From an uncultured Alphaproteobacteria bacterium (GTDB lineage: Bacteria; Pseudomonadota; Alphaproteobacteria; CAZMTC01), in NCBI GenBank assembly GCA_964569105.1, contig CAZMTC010000003.1, positions 1 through 43,751 on the forward strand: a stretch of 43,751 bases of DNA, written 5' to 3'. A program made the translations under genes and the position numbers. Below the pieces are notes generated by a model. It was given only the letters and a program-made list of their open reading frames with translations, searched no databases and was not told the origin of the DNA. This document shows, piece after piece, positions 40,507-43,751 of this stretch; the first letter of the stretch is position 1; each line of letters starts with the position of its first letter.

Positions 40507-42345
40507 ATGCACGGGCCGACCGAGCAGACTTTCGAGGTCGACGGCTGCGAAACGGTCTCCAAGCTGTTCCGCAAGCGCACGCAGGAGTTGGGCGACAGGG
40601 TCGCCATCCGCGAGAAGGATCTGGGCATCTGGCGCGCCGTCACCTGGCGCGAATACGGCCAGAAGGCGCGCGAAGTGGCGATGGGCCTGGCGGCGCTGGG
40701 GCTCGAGCGCGGCGAGGTCACCGCGGTCCTGTCGGAAAACAACCGCGAATGGCTGTTCGCCGACCTGGGCACGATCTGCGCCGGCGGCGTGACCAACGGG
40801 ATCTACACCACCGACTCGCCCAAGCAGCTCGCCTATCTGTGCAACGATTCCCGCGCCAAGGTGCTGTTCGTCGAGAACGAGGAACAGCTCGACAAGTGGC
40901 TCGAGGTGCGCGACGAGATTCCCTCGATCGAGAAGGTCGTGATCTTCGACATGGAGGGGCTGCGCGACTTCTCCGACCCCATGGCGATGACCATGGAGGA
41001 GTTCTATGAGTTGGGCCGCAGGTACGACGGCGAGCATCCGGAGGAGTTCGACGCGCGCGTCGACGCGGCCAAGCCCGACGATTTGATGATCCTGATCTAC
41101 ACCTCGGGCACGACCGGGCCGCCCAAGGGCGCGATGATCTCGCACCGCAACGTGATCTTCCAGTTGACCATCGGCAACGAAATCTACCGGGTCCAACCCG
41201 ACGATCAGCAGCTCTCGTTCCTGCCGCTCTCGCACATTGCCGAGCGCTCGTTCACCACCTTCTTCCCGCTGCGGAACGAGAACGCGGTGAACTTCGCCGA
41301 GAGTGTCGAGACGGTGGCCGAGAACATTCGCGAGGTTTCGCCGCACATTTTCCTGGCGGTGCCGCGGGTGTGGGAGAAGTTCTACTCGACCGTCCAGGTG
41401 CAGCTCGACGACGCGACGGCGATCAGCCGCTGGGCCTACCGTCAGGCGCTCAAGGTGGGCTATGCGCGGCTCGAATATGAGCTCGAGGACAAGCCGGTGC
41501 CGGCGGGCGTGCGCCTCGCCTACGGCCTCGCCAACCTGCTGGTGCTGCGCAACCTCAAGCGCCTGCTCGGCATGGAGCGGCTGCGCTGGGCGGCGACCGG
41601 CGCGGCGCCGATCTCGCCCGATCTGATCAAGTGGTACCGCGCCATCGGCGTCAAGCTGTTCGAGATCTACGGCCAGACCGAGAACACCGGCACCGCGACA
41701 GCCAACGAACCCGATCGGGTCAAGCTGGGCACGGTGGGCCGCGCCGAGGATGGCACCGAGGTCTCGATCAGCCCGGAGGGCGAGATCCTGCTCAAGGGGC
41801 CGCACGTCTTCATGGGCTATCTGAACCAGCCCGAGAAGACGGCGGAGACGATCGCCGACGGCTGGCTGCACACCGGCGACGTGGGCTACATCGACAACGA
41901 GGGCTATGTCCGCGTCACCGACCGGATGAAGGACATCATCATCACCGCCGGCGGCAAGAACATCACGCCCTCGGAGATCGAGAACCAGCTCAAGTTCTCG
42001 CCCTACATCTCGGACGCGGTGGTGATCGGCGACAAGCGCAAGTTCCTCAGCGCGCTGATCATGATCGACCACGACAACGTGGTGAAGTACGCCCAGGACC
42101 ATTCGGTGCCGTTCACCAACTACGCCTCGCTGTGCCGGGCGCAGGAGGTGCAGGACCTGATCTGGGCCGAGATCGAGAAGGTCAACAAGAACTTCGCGCG
42201 GGTCGAGACGATCAAGTCGTTCCGGCTGATCGACCAGCTTCTGACCGCCGAGGACGACGAGCTGACACCGACCATGAAGCTCAAGCGCAAGTTCGTGAAC
42301 GAGAAGTACAAGGAGCTGATCGATTCCATGTATCAGGGCGCCTGA
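40507..42345 (+). CDS. Long-chain acyl-CoA synthetase (COG1022/FAA1-type AMP-binding protein)
   Basis: 612 aa with ILIYTSGTTGPPKGAMISH, YGQTENTG, TGDVGYIDNEGYVRVTDRMKD and TPTMKLKRK. Confidence 0.85.
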   Translation: MHGPTEQTFEVDGCETVSKLFRKRTQELGDRVAIREKDLGIWRAVTWREYGQKAREVAMGLAALGLERGEVTAVLSENNREWLFADLGTICAGGVTNGIYTTDSPKQLAYLCNDSRAKVLFVENEEQLDKWLEVRDEIPSIEKVVIFDMEGLRDFSDPMAMTMEEFYELGRRYDGEHPEEFDARVDAAKPDDLMILIYTSGTTGPPKGAMISHRNVIFQLTIGNEIYRVQPDDQQLSFLPLSHIAERSFTTFFPLRNENAVNFAESVETVAENIREVSPHIFLAVPRVWEKFYSTVQVQLDDATAISRWAYRQALKVGYARLEYELEDKPVPAGVRLAYGLANLLVLRNLKRLLGMERLRWAATGAAPISPDLIKWYRAIGVKLFEIYGQTENTGTATANEPDRVKLGTVGRAEDGTEVSISPEGEILLKGPHVFMGYLNQPEKTAETIADGWLHTGDVGYIDNEGYVRVTDRMKDIIITAGGKNITPSEIENQLKFSPYISDAVVIGDKRKFLSALIMIDHDNVVKYAQDHSVPFTNYASLCRAQEVQDLIWAEIEKVNKNFARVETIKSFRLIDQLLTAEDDELTPTMKLKRKFVNEKYKELIDSMYQGA

Positions 42346-42423
42346 GCGCCCCGCAGAAACGCGCCGGCCGCCGGCAACGGGCGGCGCGGAGTGCTTCAAC
42401 GCCGACCACAGGGAGGAACCGAA

Positions 42424-43605
42424 ATGGCATTGAAGAAGATTGGAGTGTCGCTGCTCGGCGGCGTCGCGGCCCTGGCCGTCGCGGCGGCCGCGCAGGCCGA
42501 GACCGTCCGCGGCGTGACCGACGACGAGGTCGTCTTCGGCTCGCACACCGCGCTCTCGGGCCCGGTGGCACCTTGGGGCGAGGGCTCGACCAACGGCGCC
42601 AAGCTGGCGTTCGAGCAGGCCAACGCCGAAGGCGGGGTTCACGGCCGCAAGCTCACCTTGATCGTCGAGGACACCCAGTACCAGGTGCCCAAGGCGGTGC
42701 AGGCGACCAACAAGCTGATCAACTCGGACAAGATCTTCGCCATGGTCGCGGCGCTGGGCACGCCGATGAACAACGCCGCCTGGCAGATGCAGGAGCAGAA
42801 CGACGTCGCCAACCTGTTCCCGTTCACCGGGGCGCGCTCTATGCACACGCCCTTGCACAAGCTGAAGTTCGCGGCGCTGTCGGACTACTACGACCAGATC
42901 CGCTCGGGCGTGAAGCACTTCGTCGAGGAAGAGGGCATGCAGAAAGTCTGCACCCTCTACCAGGACACGGACTTCGGCAAGGAGATCCAGCAGGGCACGG
43001 TCGACCAGCTTTCCGACATGGGCATGGAGCTCACGGCCGAGGCCACGCACAAGCCCACCGACAAGGATTTCGTCGGACAGATCACCAAGCTCAAGGGCGC
43101 GGGCTGCGAGCTGGTCACCATGGGTACGATCATCTCGGACACGATCATCCCGGTGCTGACGGCCAAGAAGATGGGCTTCGACGCCACCTTCGTGGGCTCG
43201 GTGGCGGCATACGACGCCATCGTCGCTGCCAAGTTGGGCGAGGCCGGCGGCGACGGCTTCTACGCCATGAGCAGCTACGAGATGGTCTACCCGGACGAGG
43301 CCGAGGGCGAGGTCAAGGAATGGGTCGAGGAATACCGCGAGATGTTCGGCAAGGACCCGAACGGCGCGGCGCAGCTCGGCTACAACGCCGGCCAGCTCAC
43401 GGTGATGGGCCTGGAGAACGCCGGCCGCGACCTGACGGTCGACAGCTTCATCGCCGGTCTCGAGGCGATCAAGAGCTACACGCCGATCTTCGGCGGCGAG
43501 CCGCTGGAGTTCGGCCCCGACGACCACCAGGGCGGCACTTCCTCGCTGCTCACCGTGGTCGAGAACGGCCGCTGGAAGACGCTGTCGGGCCCGCTCGCCT
43601 ACTAG
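42424..43605 (+). CDS. Periplasmic substrate-binding protein of the liv-type ABC system (LivK/type I PBP fold)
   Basis: I trimmed ORF 42391..43605 to ATG 42424, after a GGGAGGA RBS. The signal peptide ends AAAQA/ET. GVTDDEVVFGSHTALSGP.. is typical of this family. Confidence 0.8.
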   Translation: MALKKIGVSLLGGVAALAVAAAAQAETVRGVTDDEVVFGSHTALSGPVAPWGEGSTNGAKLAFEQANAEGGVHGRKLTLIVEDTQYQVPKAVQATNKLINSDKIFAMVAALGTPMNNAAWQMQEQNDVANLFPFTGARSMHTPLHKLKFAALSDYYDQIRSGVKHFVEEEGMQKVCTLYQDTDFGKEIQQGTVDQLSDMGMELTAEATHKPTDKDFVGQITKLKGAGCELVTMGTIISDTIIPVLTAKKMGFDATFVGSVAAYDAIVAAKLGEAGGDGFYAMSSYEMVYPDEAEGEVKEWVEEYREMFGKDPNGAAQLGYNAGQLTVMGLENAGRDLTVDSFIAGLEAIKSYTPIFGGEPLEFGPDDHQGGTSSLLTVVENGRWKTLSGPLAY

Positions 43606-43633
43606 GCGACGCCCCGGCAGGAGCCTGAGGAGA

Positions 43634-43665
43634 GGCCTCGGACCCGCACGGTCCGGGGCCTTTTT
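43634..43665 (+). terminator. Rho-independent terminator after the substrate-binding protein gene
   Basis: 11-bp stem GGCCTCGGACC / GGTCCGGGGCC (one G-U pair), loop CGCAC, followed by TTTTT. Confidence 0.8.
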
Positions 43666-43690
43666 CTTGGTGCGCGGTGCATTGCCGAGA

Positions 43691-43751
43691 TGGCGTCCCC
43701 GGCAGGATTCGAACCTGCGACCCTCAGATTAGGAATCTGATGCTCTATCCT
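43691..43751 (-). tRNA. tRNA-Arg (anticodon CCU), 3' 61 nt including the encoded CCA; the 5' end lies beyond the right edge
   Basis: The reverse complement reads ..GGATAGAGCA TCAGA TTCCTAA TCTGA GGGTC GCAGG TTCGAAT CCTGC CGGGGAC G CCA. This gives an anticodon stem-loop with CCU, a T-arm with TTCGAAT and a 3' acceptor half. Confidence 0.85.

Noticed and set aside
40480-43527. 1015-aa minus-strand ORF, the longest in the window
   Set aside because: It is antisense to the acyl-CoA synthetase and binding-protein genes. The sequence is repetitive Asp/Leu/Val/Arg/Gly/His with no domain signatures. Its length reflects only stop-codon scarcity at this GC content.

Overview
This is a very GC-rich chromosomal segment; third codon positions are almost all G/C and every real gene casts a long antisense 'shadow ORF'. 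From gene content I infer an alphaproteobacterium (DUF374-waaA arrangement, PlcP-type lipid remodelling, many liv-type ABC and acyl-CoA genes). I can support about 37 protein-coding genes, one partial tRNA-Arg(CCU), one clear rho-independent terminator, two repeat/hairpin elements and a few candidate operators. I see no integrase, transposase, phage gene, CRISPR array or recognisable defence gene, so this looks like core metabolic DNA rather than an island. Left to right: (1) a lipid A/envelope block (waaA, DUF374 acyltransferase, msbA-like exporter) joined to a PlcP-Agt-like lipid-renovation pair that faces a DAG-kinase-fold lipid kinase. (2) A TetR-fadA-fadB-fadE beta-oxidation operon with a PsrA-type palindrome upstream. 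(3) A string of redox enzymes that encloses two membrane-anchored FHA proteins and a mini-protein. (4) SH3-like, MFS efflux, Ada and acyl-CoA ligase genes. (5) boxB-boxA (benzoyl-CoA epoxidase) without boxC, divergent from a DehI-like / Ntn-acylase lipoprotein / SDR / DsbA-like isomerase string. (6) A split Blh module (persulfide-dioxygenase-like MBL protein plus a DUF442 protein) with its own AT-rich promoter and palindrome. (7) An SDR, an acyl-CoA dehydrogenase with Asp at the catalytic Glu position, dusA, a nitronate monooxygenase and a membrane desaturase. (8) A livHMGF-acyl-CoA synthetase-livK cluster and the tRNA. The best candidates for something undescribed are the boxBA/DehI-like divergent cluster and the FHA/mini-protein module. 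Both are inferences from sequence reading only. All family calls come from motif recognition by eye, without database searches.
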